A DNA stretch of 64,000 nt from Clostridia bacterium (lineage in GTDB: Bacteria; Bacillota; Clostridia; Christensenellales; SZUA-584), in contig JABGQS010000003.1 in NCBI GenBank assembly GCA_018648645.1, forward strand, positions 1,791 through 65,790, written 5' to 3'. Each line of letters begins with the position of its first letter. Position 1 is the first letter of the stretch. This document shows, piece after piece, positions 18,482 through 27,489 of this stretch. Under the pieces are notes generated by a model, which worked only from the letters and a program-made list of their open reading frames with translations, was not told the origin of the DNA and searched no databases. The position numbers were made by a program, and so were the translations under genes.

Positions 18482-19579
18482 TTATATTCCGTATTTGCCG
18501 CCGGGCAACCTCTTGATAAGCCCGGACATTTCCATGATTGTGAGGGTGGAGTTAATTTCGCTTTGCGCAAACTGCGAACTGTTTGCTATGCCCTCGACAC
18601 TTATATCACCCTTCAACAGCAGATTATATATATGACTCTGCAAAAAATCAAGCTGATTTTTAGATTGTTCACCAGTTGTTCCAATATTTCGGGGTGAATT
18701 TACAGTTATTTTACCATAATACGCCAATATATCTTCTGCACACGTTATGGGCACAGCACCCTGTTTTATCAAATTGTTCGGCAATTCTGACATTCTTGAC
18801 ATGCCCGGCACAGCAAAAACGTCCCTTTTCTGTGCAATTGCCATGTTTGCGGATATCGCTGTTCCACCTTTTGCTTCCGATTCTACAATCAGAGTACCCC
18901 TCGACATGCCGGTAACGATACGGTTTCGCGCAGGGAAGTATGTCGCCAACGGCTGTGTGCCGGGGTTCAGCTCGCTAATCACCGCACCGTTCTCAATAAT
19001 CTCGCGATAAAGCTCCTCGTTCTCCGGCGGGTATATCACATCAGCGCCGCACCCCAGCACCGCAACAGTTTTGCCGCCTGCCTTGATCGCGCCCTCGTGC
19101 GCAGCCGTGTCTATGCCCCTCGCCATGCCGGAAACTACTGTCATGCCGCTCTCGCCAAGCGTCGCTGCAATCTCCTTCGCGGTGTCATAGCCCTGCCGCG
19201 TGCACCTTCTCGTGCCAACAATGCTGATCGTGCTGCCTACGTGCTCAAGACTGCCTTTTACGTACAGCACAGGCGGCGGATACGCAATCTGCCTGAGCAG
19301 CGTCGGATAATTCTCGTTTAGCCTCGTCACAACATGAATACCCTTTGCGTTTAATTGACAAATTTGCTCCGCCAAGTACTGCTTGCTGCAGGCCGCTTTT
19401 GCCGCACTAAGTATCTTCTCGGACACGGCTTCCGGCATTTCAGAACCCTTTTCTACAGCATCAAAAAACGCCTCAGCGCAGCCAAATTGCTTCAGTATAT
19501 AATAGAAGGCTTTTGGCGTTACCTCCGGCATAGATGCCATCCATATCCAATATTTATCCTGCTCTGTGTATTCAACCAT
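18482..19579 (-). CDS. dprA: DNA-processing protein DprA
   Basis: GMARGIDTAAHEGAIKAGGKTVAVLGCGADVIYPPEN Rossmann core. Confidence 0.9.
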   Translation of the reverse strand: MVEYTEQDKYWIWMASMPEVTPKAFYYILKQFGCAEAFFDAVEKGSEMPEAVSEKILSAAKAACSKQYLAEQICQLNAKGIHVVTRLNENYPTLLRQIAYPPPVLYVKGSLEHVGSTISIVGTRRCTRQGYDTAKEIAATLGESGMTVVSGMARGIDTAAHEGAIKAGGKTVAVLGCGADVIYPPENEELYREIIENGAVISELNPGTQPLATYFPARNRIVTGMSRGTLIVESEAKGGTAISANMAIAQKRDVFAVPGMSRMSELPNNLIKQGAVPITCAEDILAYYGKITVNSPRNIGTTGEQSKNQLDFLQSHIYNLLLKGDISVEGIANSSQFAQSEINSTLTIMEMSGLIKRLPGGKYGI

Positions 19580-19695
19580 ATTTCATCCTTGTGTGCTTGC
19601 TGTATTTAAGTAGAAGATTTTGCGGTTACTTTTGCTGCTGTCTCATCAATATATATGATTTTGCAGATATCTTTTGCTTCTAGTTTTCGCGGCAC

Positions 19696-21216
19696 CTATC
19701 TCCAATATTTCTCGTCCTGCGCACGATACCCAATTGCTTCCGCGAGATGCTTTGCTTCGATGGTCTCGCTGCCTTCCATATCCGCCACCGTCCGCGCCAC
19801 CTTTTTCACCCGTGTCATTGCCCGTGCGCTAAGCGAAAACGTGTTGTACGCTTTCTCCATCATTCGCTCGCACTCTTTGCTCAATCGGCAGACATCATTC
19901 AGCAGCTCATTAGTCAGCTCGGCGTTACTGTGAATATCCGTGCCCTCATACCGCTCCTGCTGTATCCTGCGCGCTGCATTAACGCGCTCTTTTACCTGCG
20001 CAGAGGTTTCGCCGCTTCGCTCGCCCGTAAGCTCGCTGTAGCTAATCTCTTCCATGCCGATGTGCAAATCTATACGGTCGAGCAGCGGACCGCTTATGCG
20101 CGACAGATACCGCTTTATCTCATTCGGCGTGCACCTGCACTGCTTATCGCTGCTGCCAAAGTTGCCGCATGGGCAGGGGTTTGTCGAAGCAATCAGCATG
20201 ATTCCCGCAGGATAAACGACCTTAGAGTTCGCCCGTGCAATGCTGATCTCCTTATCCTCCAGCGGTTGTCGAAGCGCTTCAAGCGCACCGCGTTTAAACT
20301 CTGCAAGCTCGTCAAGAAACAACACACCGCCGTGCGCAAGGCTCACTTCTCCGGGCATAATCTTGTGTCCGCCGCCTGTCAGCGCTGCCGTAGATAGTGT
20401 GTGGTGCGGGCTTCTAAACGGTCTGCTCGTGGCAATACCATCAACGTTTTCGCCGCATACCGATTGTATCTTAGAAATCTCCAGCGACTCTGCAAACGTC
20501 AAGTCGGGCAATATGCTAGGCACAGAGCGCGCCAACATTGTTTTTCCGCTGCCCGGAGGTCCGATAAACAAAATGTTATGTCCTCCTGCAGCCGCGATTT
20601 CGAGCGCGCGTTTTGCGTGGTTTTGTCCGCGTATGTACGACATATCGTTTTTGGCAATGCCGACACGGCTCGGTTCAAAAGCCCTGGTTTCGCACGGCAT
20701 AATTTTCACCTTGCCGTTAAAATGGTTGACGATTTGCCGCAGACTTGTCACAGGATAAACGGACAGCCCTTCAATATAGCTTGTCTCAATAGCATTCTGC
20801 GACGATATAAACAGTTTGCTAACCCCGGCTTCTTTCGCGGAAATCGCCATCGGAAGCGCGCCGGCAACGCTGCGAAGCTGCCCGTCAAGCGAAAGCTCAC
20901 CAAGAAGAACACAATCTTCACCCGGCGGTTTCACTTGCCCACTTGCGCAAAGTATCCCCATCGCAATAGGCAGGTCATATATCGCACCGCTCTTTTTGGT
21001 GTCTGCGGGCGCAAGGTTTATAGTAATTCTTTTTTGCGGATACTCAAACTCCGAGTTTCTGATGGCAGAGCGAACCCGCTCTTTGGACTCGCGCACAGCG
21101 GCACCCGGCAGCCCGACCGTCTCGTATATTGGCATACCCGAAGAAATATCCGTCTCTACTACGACAGGATATCCGCCAAGCCCAAGCAACCCAAAACTCA
21201 AAATTTTTGAAAGCAC
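19696..21216 (-). CDS. comM: YifB/ComM-family Mg-chelatase-like AAA ATPase
   Basis: Lon-like N-terminal domain, Walker A FIGPPGSGKTMLA, GVLFLDELAEF, C-terminal ChlI-type region. Confidence 0.9.
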   Translation of the reverse strand: MLSKILSFGLLGLGGYPVVVETDISSGMPIYETVGLPGAAVRESKERVRSAIRNSEFEYPQKRITINLAPADTKKSGAIYDLPIAMGILCASGQVKPPGEDCVLLGELSLDGQLRSVAGALPMAISAKEAGVSKLFISSQNAIETSYIEGLSVYPVTSLRQIVNHFNGKVKIMPCETRAFEPSRVGIAKNDMSYIRGQNHAKRALEIAAAGGHNILFIGPPGSGKTMLARSVPSILPDLTFAESLEISKIQSVCGENVDGIATSRPFRSPHHTLSTAALTGGGHKIMPGEVSLAHGGVLFLDELAEFKRGALEALRQPLEDKEISIARANSKVVYPAGIMLIASTNPCPCGNFGSSDKQCRCTPNEIKRYLSRISGPLLDRIDLHIGMEEISYSELTGERSGETSAQVKERVNAARRIQQERYEGTDIHSNAELTNELLNDVCRLSKECERMMEKAYNTFSLSARAMTRVKKVARTVADMEGSETIEAKHLAEAIGYRAQDEKYWR

Positions 21217-21219
21217 TTT

Positions 21220-21669
21220 TTACTCCTCAATAGATGGTGACTTATCATCTTTAAATACTAAAAACTTGTTTCCGGCAAAGTTGACCGTGAACGAGAAAAC
21301 GGTCGCAATCAGCTTTGCGTAAAGGTTCTGCACACCAAAAAATCCGTCGCTGAATCGATACAGCTCGACAAGCACCCAAACGGCCAATGTGTTGACGCCA
21401 AGCGACACTAGGTTAACAAACACAAACTTAACAAAATGCACAGAGACAAACTTGTGCTTTATCTTAAACGTCCAATAGCGGTTCAGCAAAAAACTGTTGA
21501 CAACACCACTCGTATACGAGATTACGTTAGCCGGCGCAACCAACATACCAAACACAACAGTCAGCAGCTTGAATATGCCGAAATCGACTAGAAAGTTGAT
21601 AGCTCCAACAACAATAAATTTACCAAACTGCAATGTTGATTTTTTGTGTTTAATAAAAAACGCTCTCAC
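21220..21669 (-). CDS. GtrA-family membrane protein (polyprenyl-phosphate-sugar flippase-like)
   Basis: 149 aa, 4 TM, FIVVGAINFLVDFGIF...NSFLLNRYWTF signature. Confidence 0.8.
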   Translation of the reverse strand: MRAFFIKHKKSTLQFGKFIVVGAINFLVDFGIFKLLTVVFGMLVAPANVISYTSGVVNSFLLNRYWTFKIKHKFVSVHFVKFVFVNLVSLGVNTLAVWVLVELYRFSDGFFGVQNLYAKLIATVFSFTVNFAGNKFLVFKDDKSPSIEE

Positions 21670-21682
21670 AAAGCATCACCGC

Positions 21683-23608
21683 CTAATAGAACGGCCAGGA
21701 AGGCAGCCATCGCAGGAAGGTGTCAGAATACGCTCGCGAGAAGGGCACTCCGGAAATGATAGGGTAGAACATGCCAAACAGTATCAGACATATAGCAAGA
21801 TAGGCAAACACGTACTTCTTGCCGTGTTTGAAACGCTCAATAACAATCTTCGCTAAGATACCCATCAGCAGTATAAGGAACGGCACGGTCGCAAAGTAGT
21901 GATAGATGTATGTTTCCCGCGAGATAACAACCCACGGCAAAAACATCGAAAGCGCAGCCACCGCCACAAACAGCGTGCGCTTGCTAGGTCTGTTGTTGTT
22001 GATGCGGATGATAATCAGCGCAAGAGCGCCAAGCAGTCCGCCCCACCAAACAGCGGGGTTGCCCATCGAGCTCATCGAGCTCATAATTCCTTCGGGATAT
22101 CCCTGCCCTTGGAAGAAGAACATCGGCTTATAGTTCAGCGGCCATGTATACCACTCCGAAGCAAACGGATGTGGATTCGGCGCCAACAGCCGACTATGAT
22201 AATTAAACATGTACTCTTGATTCTCTAGGATTCGGGCAAAGTCAAACGGGTTTTCGGCTACGCGCATATATGGAATGTATGAAAGATAGTATATGCCAAG
22301 CGGTATCACGATGAAGAACAGCACGCACCAAAGAAGCGTCAGCACAGTTTTCCTAACGTAACTTCTATAAACACCTATGAGATAAATACGCTTTTTCTGA
22401 TCCATTGTATCGGCTGTATGTCGGTCGAGAACTATACGCCTTGCATACCGATACTCTCTAAAGCGTTTTGCCATTTGGAAGAAAAACAGAAAAGCCAACC
22501 CAAACCCTGCGTACAAACACAGCCATTTTGTAGAGGCACCAAGTCCAAACGCGATGCCACTTAGCCCAAGCGGAACGAGTGATTTGAACAGCGAGCCACT
22601 GTTATAGTTGCTTTGCCAATAGATGTACATAAACAGATACATCGCCATAATAAAGAATATACTGAAGCTGTCTATGGTCGCGATGCGCGTTTGTGTAAAG
22701 TGCATAAAATCTACCGCAAACAAGAAGGTGGGTATAAACGCATACAGCGTCTTTTTGAGCAGCCGTTTTGCAAAATAGTACATCAGAGGCAGCATCAACA
22801 CGCCAAACAGCGTGCCCATAAACCGCCACCCAAATGGGTTCATGCCAAATATGCGAATGCCGAGGCCGATAATCGACTTGCCGAGCGGCGGATGCGTAAT
22901 CTCATACGGGTAAATATGCTGTATATGCTCGTACGCCGTGCGCGCGTGGTACACCTCGTCAAAGTACATTTCGTTCATATAGTCGGTGCGCATCGGGACA
23001 AGATACTGCTCGTCAAACATGGACTCAGGCGAGTTGCCGCGCATTGCGTCCGGGCTCATATTCACTACAGACTTTATGGGTATCGGCAATCCATCGCTGT
23101 CACAGAACGCCATCTCCAGCAATTGCACTCCCGGTTCGTCCACATATATTGTAACGTACTTTGCAGTAAAATCATCCCGAATAAAAGTCCATTCGTACAT
23201 GTCAATCGCATTGTGGTCAAGATAAACGACCTCCGGTGCGTGCATAATGTTTCCGTCCTCGTCCGTCTCGTCCGTCAGAACATTTCTTGTCAGCTGCGAA
23301 TAACCTTCGCCGTCTTCAGAATACAAAAACGACATCAAGCCGTTTCCAAAGGAAGTGTAATATTTGATCATAGAAACTTCACTGGGCTGCTCAAATTCGA
23401 CGACAATCTCGTCACCATGACTTTTTGTAGCATAAAAAGTATCGGGTGTGTCAATCGCTCCAAGGTTGGTAAATGCCGCGAGGGCATACACAAGCGTAAC
23501 TGCAAGCATAACCACCCAGTCCTTGCTGCTCATCCCGGCGCGGTCGCTCTGCAAAAACAATCTTCTTCTTGCTTTCTTTTCCCAGCGTTTTTGTTTTTTG
23601 CTCTCCAT
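21683..23608 (-). CDS. PMT-family (GT39-like) GT-C membrane glycosyltransferase with an extra N-terminal extracytoplasmic domain
   Basis: Loop-1 acidic motif MYFDEVYHARTAYE, then THPPLGK. More than 10 TM segments. A roughly 185-aa soluble insertion follows TM1. Confidence 0.75.
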   Translation of the reverse strand: MESKKQKRWEKKARRRLFLQSDRAGMSSKDWVVMLAVTLVYALAAFTNLGAIDTPDTFYATKSHGDEIVVEFEQPSEVSMIKYYTSFGNGLMSFLYSEDGEGYSQLTRNVLTDETDEDGNIMHAPEVVYLDHNAIDMYEWTFIRDDFTAKYVTIYVDEPGVQLLEMAFCDSDGLPIPIKSVVNMSPDAMRGNSPESMFDEQYLVPMRTDYMNEMYFDEVYHARTAYEHIQHIYPYEITHPPLGKSIIGLGIRIFGMNPFGWRFMGTLFGVLMLPLMYYFAKRLLKKTLYAFIPTFLFAVDFMHFTQTRIATIDSFSIFFIMAMYLFMYIYWQSNYNSGSLFKSLVPLGLSGIAFGLGASTKWLCLYAGFGLAFLFFFQMAKRFREYRYARRIVLDRHTADTMDQKKRIYLIGVYRSYVRKTVLTLLWCVLFFIVIPLGIYYLSYIPYMRVAENPFDFARILENQEYMFNYHSRLLAPNPHPFASEWYTWPLNYKPMFFFQGQGYPEGIMSSMSSMGNPAVWWGGLLGALALIIIRINNNRPSKRTLFVAVAALSMFLPWVVISRETYIYHYFATVPFLILLMGILAKIVIERFKHGKKYVFAYLAICLILFGMFYPIISGVPFSRAYSDTFLRWLPSWPFY

Positions 23609-23617
23609 TAAACTCCT

Positions 23618-25063
23618 CTAATGCCCGCTTTGCGCAGGTGCCTTAATCAAAAATTTACTGCTGCCGAGTTTCCTTACTGTCAGGAACGCGAAAGCGAGGT
23701 ACAGTGCCATATTAACTGCCGAAACAACGAATGTCGGCACAGCCGGCGCGACAACGCTATTCGAGTACAGCGTAAACATCTGCCCAAGCAGCGCGGTTAT
23801 TGTAAACGCGCCCGCAAAAAAGAGCGTCGCTTTGTCTCTGGTAAACGCAAATGCGAATATCAAGCAAATGCAAACCGGTATTATATATCGCTCGTGCATT
23901 GCGGGGACAAGCATGTATACAGAAACAATCAAAAAGGAGGACAATTCAAAAATCGGTTTTTGTGCACGCGCGCGCCATTGCAATACAATAACGGTAATGC
24001 AAATGAGACCGACAGAGATCATTATCCATATCTGATAACCAAGCCCCAAAAACAGCTGCGAAGACGACACAAAGTTTTTGCCAACCAGCGCATAGAGGTT
24101 AAACGCGTTAAGCGACCAATAGGAATACGTGCCCGCTGCGTCAATATACTTGCCGATTATCCAAAGCGGCTCTTGACTCCCTTTGAATGGAAGTGATGCC
24201 AAAAAGACTGTAGCTGCAAAGATTACAGCACCGCCGAATATCCCAAGCAGAGCTTTGCCAATCTGTCCTTTTTTGAACAGCGCATAGAAATACACAAGAG
24301 CGATAACGGGTGTAAACATAATCGCTTGCGGCTTTATCAATATCGCTATTGCAAAAAACAAAGCGCCAAGCAGATAATTTTCCTTCCTTAGATAAAGAAG
24401 CGTCAAAACGATAAACAGCACGAAAACGGCGTCAATTTGTCCCCACGCGCTGCTGTTAAAAAACATCGCCGGGTTAAACAATACCAACGCGCTGCAGAGA
24501 AGTCCAAACAGCTTGCCGATTTGCTTTGAGCCGACACGATACAATATAATCGCGGTAACAACCTCGGCGATCATAGACGGTATTTTGATGATGAGCGTAA
24601 ACACTGCGCTTTGTCCCGAAATACCAAGCACGTTTCGGATCCAGCCAAGTCCATACAGCAAATACATGTATCCCGGCGGATAGTCCGAAAACATACCTGA
24701 TGTGTAGAAGTTAGCGGGACCTTGCTCAAACGCTGCAACAGACCACCCTTTAAAGCACCCGATGTCGCTGGCATACCCGTCAAACGAAATCGCAATGACT
24801 ACCCTAAGCGCGAGCGCAATGGCGATAAATAGAGCGAGCGGCAGCACCAAGTTTCTTTTTCCGCTAATAGGCTCGCTGTTGTCGCGCGAAAGCAGCATTA
24901 TCAAAAACACAATGAACACAGCCGCAATCAAAGCAGTAAAAAGCGTTGTGACCATCTTTGCGTTGCTTGTGACATTGGCGGGAGGTCCGTCAGCCAGCGC
25001 CGTCCCCGCGGTCAAGCAAACAATAAATATGATAATGAAAATCAAGCAAATTACTTTACGCAT
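23618..25063 (-). CDS. GT-C-fold membrane glycosyltransferase (Gpi18/ALG-like, COG5542-type)
   Basis: 481 aa, polytopic. First-loop motif FSDYPPGYMYLLYGLGW after DIGCFKGW. Family assignment is from memory of the DYPP(L/G)Y loop motif only. Confidence 0.55.
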   Translation of the reverse strand: MRKVICLIFIIIFIVCLTAGTALADGPPANVTSNAKMVTTLFTALIAAVFIVFLIMLLSRDNSEPISGKRNLVLPLALFIAIALALRVVIAISFDGYASDIGCFKGWSVAAFEQGPANFYTSGMFSDYPPGYMYLLYGLGWIRNVLGISGQSAVFTLIIKIPSMIAEVVTAIILYRVGSKQIGKLFGLLCSALVLFNPAMFFNSSAWGQIDAVFVLFIVLTLLYLRKENYLLGALFFAIAILIKPQAIMFTPVIALVYFYALFKKGQIGKALLGIFGGAVIFAATVFLASLPFKGSQEPLWIIGKYIDAAGTYSYWSLNAFNLYALVGKNFVSSSQLFLGLGYQIWIMISVGLICITVIVLQWRARAQKPIFELSSFLIVSVYMLVPAMHERYIIPVCICLIFAFAFTRDKATLFFAGAFTITALLGQMFTLYSNSVVAPAVPTFVVSAVNMALYLAFAFLTVRKLGSSKFLIKAPAQSGH

Positions 25064-25085
25064 GGTACTCCTATCAGAAGTTTAT

Positions 25086-25439
25086 TTATTTTGGCTCGAT
25101 AAACTCAAAAGCGTTCTCGATATGGTTCACACATTTGTCAATTATCTCTATTATATCAAATCTATAGTTTTCATCAAGATTTTTATTTTTGCTGCTGTAA
25201 TCGAGAGCAGCTTTGCAGATTCTGCGCTGCTTGTTAATGTCAACCGCTTCAGACGGCTCGCCGAACCTTTTTGACGCGCGCTGTTTCACTTCACAAAACA
25301 CGGTAGTGTCATCGTCTGCAAATATAATATCAATCTCGCCCCCCCGTACATAATAGTTGCGTGCGATTATTTTGCAGCCCTTGTCCTCCAAAAACTTTGT
25401 GGCCAAGTCCTCGCCTTTGTTCCCAATCGCCCGGCTCAT
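25086..25439 (-). CDS. yraN: YraN-family endonuclease (UPF0102)
   Basis: GEDLATKFLEDKGCKIIARNYYVRGGEIDIIF pattern. Confidence 0.85.
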   Translation of the reverse strand: MSRAIGNKGEDLATKFLEDKGCKIIARNYYVRGGEIDIIFADDDTTVFCEVKQRASKRFGEPSEAVDINKQRRICKAALDYSSKNKNLDENYRFDIIEIIDKCVNHIENAFEFIEPK

Positions 25440-26026
25440 GACAATATCTTCTTTAGAAAAGACATCCTGTGTATATCGCTCACACCGTTCTCTTTTATAA
25501 CCTGTATGTGCTGCGCTGTTCCATAGCCTTTATGCTGCGCAAACCCATACATCGGGAACACCTCGTCGTATTCGCGCATCATCTCGTCCCTCGTCACTTT
25601 CGCGACGATAGAAGCCGCGGCAATGCTATAGCTGATTGCGTCCCCGCGCACAAACTCCCTGTAATCGACATCAATATCAATGCCGCCAATGCGATCGCAC
25701 AACACAAAATCGGGTGTTGTATCAAGCTCATTAAACGCAGTCGCAAACGCCCTCTTCGCTGCGTTCAATATATTAATTTCGTCAATTACAAAGTTGTCAA
25801 CAATACCGATGCCGACAGCAACGGCGTGCTGCATAATCTGCTCATATATGCTTTGTCGCTTTTTCTCGGACAGCTTTTTAGAATCGTTCACACCCTCAAT
25901 AAGCGGCCCGCTCGGCATAATCACCGCGGCGGCAACACAAGGGCCGGCAAGCGGACCTCTGCCAACCTCGTCGATTCCGGCGACCACAAGCCCCTTGTCC
26001 CAATATTTTCGCTCGTGCGCACACAT
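25436..26026 (-). CDS. rnhB: ribonuclease HII
   Basis: VAGIDEVGRGPLAGPCVAAAV, DSKKLS and HKGYGT boxes. The start is set to ATG 26026. The track start at 26146 would overlap rbgA by 95 nt, and a TTG at 26059 is an alternative. Confidence 0.85.
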   Translation of the reverse strand: MCAHERKYWDKGLVVAGIDEVGRGPLAGPCVAAAVIMPSGPLIEGVNDSKKLSEKKRQSIYEQIMQHAVAVGIGIVDNFVIDEINILNAAKRAFATAFNELDTTPDFVLCDRIGGIDIDVDYREFVRGDAISYSIAAASIVAKVTRDEMMREYDEVFPMYGFAQHKGYGTAQHIQVIKENGVSDIHRMSFLKKILS

Positions 26027-26051
26027 AGCGTTCAGCCTATCAAGCTCTTTA

Positions 26052-26897
26052 TCATTCAAAATCCGTTGGACTCTCCAGTGTAATTTTCCCGAGCCGTCCT
26101 CCTTTGAATTCGTCCAGCAGAGTTTTTGCACCCCGCTCAAAATCATATTCGCCTTGTTTAAGCAAAAAACCTCTTTTTTTACAAATACTTTCTAGTGTTG
26201 CCAGTGCGTTTTCATTTCGCTCCACGCCATACCGTTTTACAATTGCGTCCGGCGCAAGTCGATTCAAAATATCAATCAGCTTTAGCGACAGCTCACCAAG
26301 GTCCATAATCTCCTGCTTGATGCACCCGGACAGCGCAATTTTGACGGCAGCGTCCTCCGACCCAATCTTCGGCCAAAGCAGTCCGGGGGAGTCCATAAGC
26401 TCCAGCTTGTCCGACAGCCTTACCCATTGCAGCCCGCGTGTTACACCCGGCTTGTTGCCTTCCTTAGCGCCCTTGCGTCCGACCAGCCTGTTGATGATGG
26501 CAGATTTCCCAACGTTAGGTATACCCGATACCAGTACTCGAATCGTTTTGTTCATACCCTTGTCCTTGTATCGTTTTATTATAGGCGCGGCTGCATTGTT
26601 AATCGCGCTCATCAGCACGCCCTTCTTGAACTGCGTTGCGCTAAAGGCGAGCGCGCTGCCATACTCCTTCTTATAATACTCCACCCAAAGCTTGGTTTGT
26701 GTTTCGTCAGCCAGATCGCACTTGTTCAGCACAATCATGCACGCTTTTTCTGCCAATATGCTTTTCAGATCGGGGTTAAACGTGCTCAGCGGCGCTCGCG
26801 CGTCCACCACAATAACCGCGACGTTAATTAGTTTCAGCTTGTCGCCAAGCAACCGCTTCGTTTTCGCCATGTGCCCCGGATACCATTGTATGTTCAT
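26052..26897 (-). CDS. rbgA: ribosome biogenesis GTPase A (YlqF/RbgA)
   Basis: MNIQWYPGHMAKTKR. Circularly permuted GTPase boxes NKCDL ... GIPNVGKSAIIN. Confidence 0.95.
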   Translation of the reverse strand: MNIQWYPGHMAKTKRLLGDKLKLINVAVIVVDARAPLSTFNPDLKSILAEKACMIVLNKCDLADETQTKLWVEYYKKEYGSALAFSATQFKKGVLMSAINNAAAPIIKRYKDKGMNKTIRVLVSGIPNVGKSAIINRLVGRKGAKEGNKPGVTRGLQWVRLSDKLELMDSPGLLWPKIGSEDAAVKIALSGCIKQEIMDLGELSLKLIDILNRLAPDAIVKRYGVERNENALATLESICKKRGFLLKQGEYDFERGAKTLLDEFKGGRLGKITLESPTDFE

Positions 26898-26929
26898 ATT
26901 TCATCTCCAATAATTCGTACGCGCTCTTT

Positions 26930-26963
26930 GTTAAAATAAAAAGAAGCCGTGTTATCGGCTTCT
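26930..26963 (-). terminator. rho-independent terminator or attenuator after rplS
   Basis: Stem agaagccg / cggcttct (26942-26963). On the minus strand it is followed by ttttattttaa. Confidence 0.65.
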
Positions 26964-26969
26964 CTTATG

Positions 26970-27314
26970 CTATCGTTTTTCCTTAAGTTTGGCGGATTTG
27001 CCGACTCTATCACGAAGATAGTAAAGCTTTGACCGTCTAACTCTGTTGCTTCTCACTTTTTCGATCTTTGCGATCTTTGGTGAATGAAGCGGGAACGTAC
27101 GCTCGATACCGATTCCAAATGAAACGCGGCGTACGGTGATGGACTCGCGGATACCGCCACCCTTTTTGGCGATGATATACCCTTCAAAACTCTGAAGGCG
27201 CTCTCTTGTACCCTCGATAACCTTTACATAAACCTTTACTGTGTCCCCAACTCTAAGCTCGGGCAGGTCTGTGCGCATGTTTTCCTTTTCTATTGCTCTT
27301 ATCACATTATTCAT
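26970..27314 (-). CDS. rplS: 50S ribosomal protein L19
   Basis: [28 protein letters not shown]... Trimmed to ATG 27314, which has AGGAGG upstream. Confidence 0.95.
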   Translation of the reverse strand: MNNVIRAIEKENMRTDLPELRVGDTVKVYVKVIEGTRERLQSFEGYIIAKKGGGIRESITVRRVSFGIGIERTFPLHSPKIAKIEKVRSNRVRRSKLYYLRDRVGKSAKLKEKR

Positions 27315-27388
27315 GCTGATTCCTCCTTTCACAATAGGCGTTCATAATCATTTTCTCGAAAAGAGGACCGCCCTAAATCAACCGCAAC

Positions 27389-27417
27389 ATTATAACACAG
27401 CGGCGCTTTTGTGGCAA
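27389..27417 (-). promoter_or_regulatory. sigma-A-type promoter for rplS
   Basis: Minus strand reads TTGCCA, 17 nt, TATAAT with an extended TGt upstream (ttgccacaaaagcgccgctgtgttataat). Confidence 0.6.
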
Positions 27418-27489
27418 GGGCTGATTTTTAAGTACACTAATTCCACAAGTATTGTCAAAATAAAGTATAATCACGTATTGAAATTCTCG

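Noticed and set aside
22613-23611. 332-codon plus-strand ORF opposite the PMT-like gene. The same applies to 13028-13876, 16253-17038, 20401-21210, 25469-26083, 42080-42814, 43332-43955, 54377-55201 and 55128-55895.
   Set aside because: All lie opposite strongly supported genes. For every one where I checked the arithmetic, the ORF is in the codon-complementary register. The translations are Arg/His/Cys-rich and lack motifs or SD sequences.
26027-26146. Longer rnhB start (track ORF start 26146)
   Set aside because: It would overlap rbgA by 95 nt and adds residues with no RNase HII homology. An internal ATG (26026) or TTG (26059) start fits better. The exact start remains uncertain.
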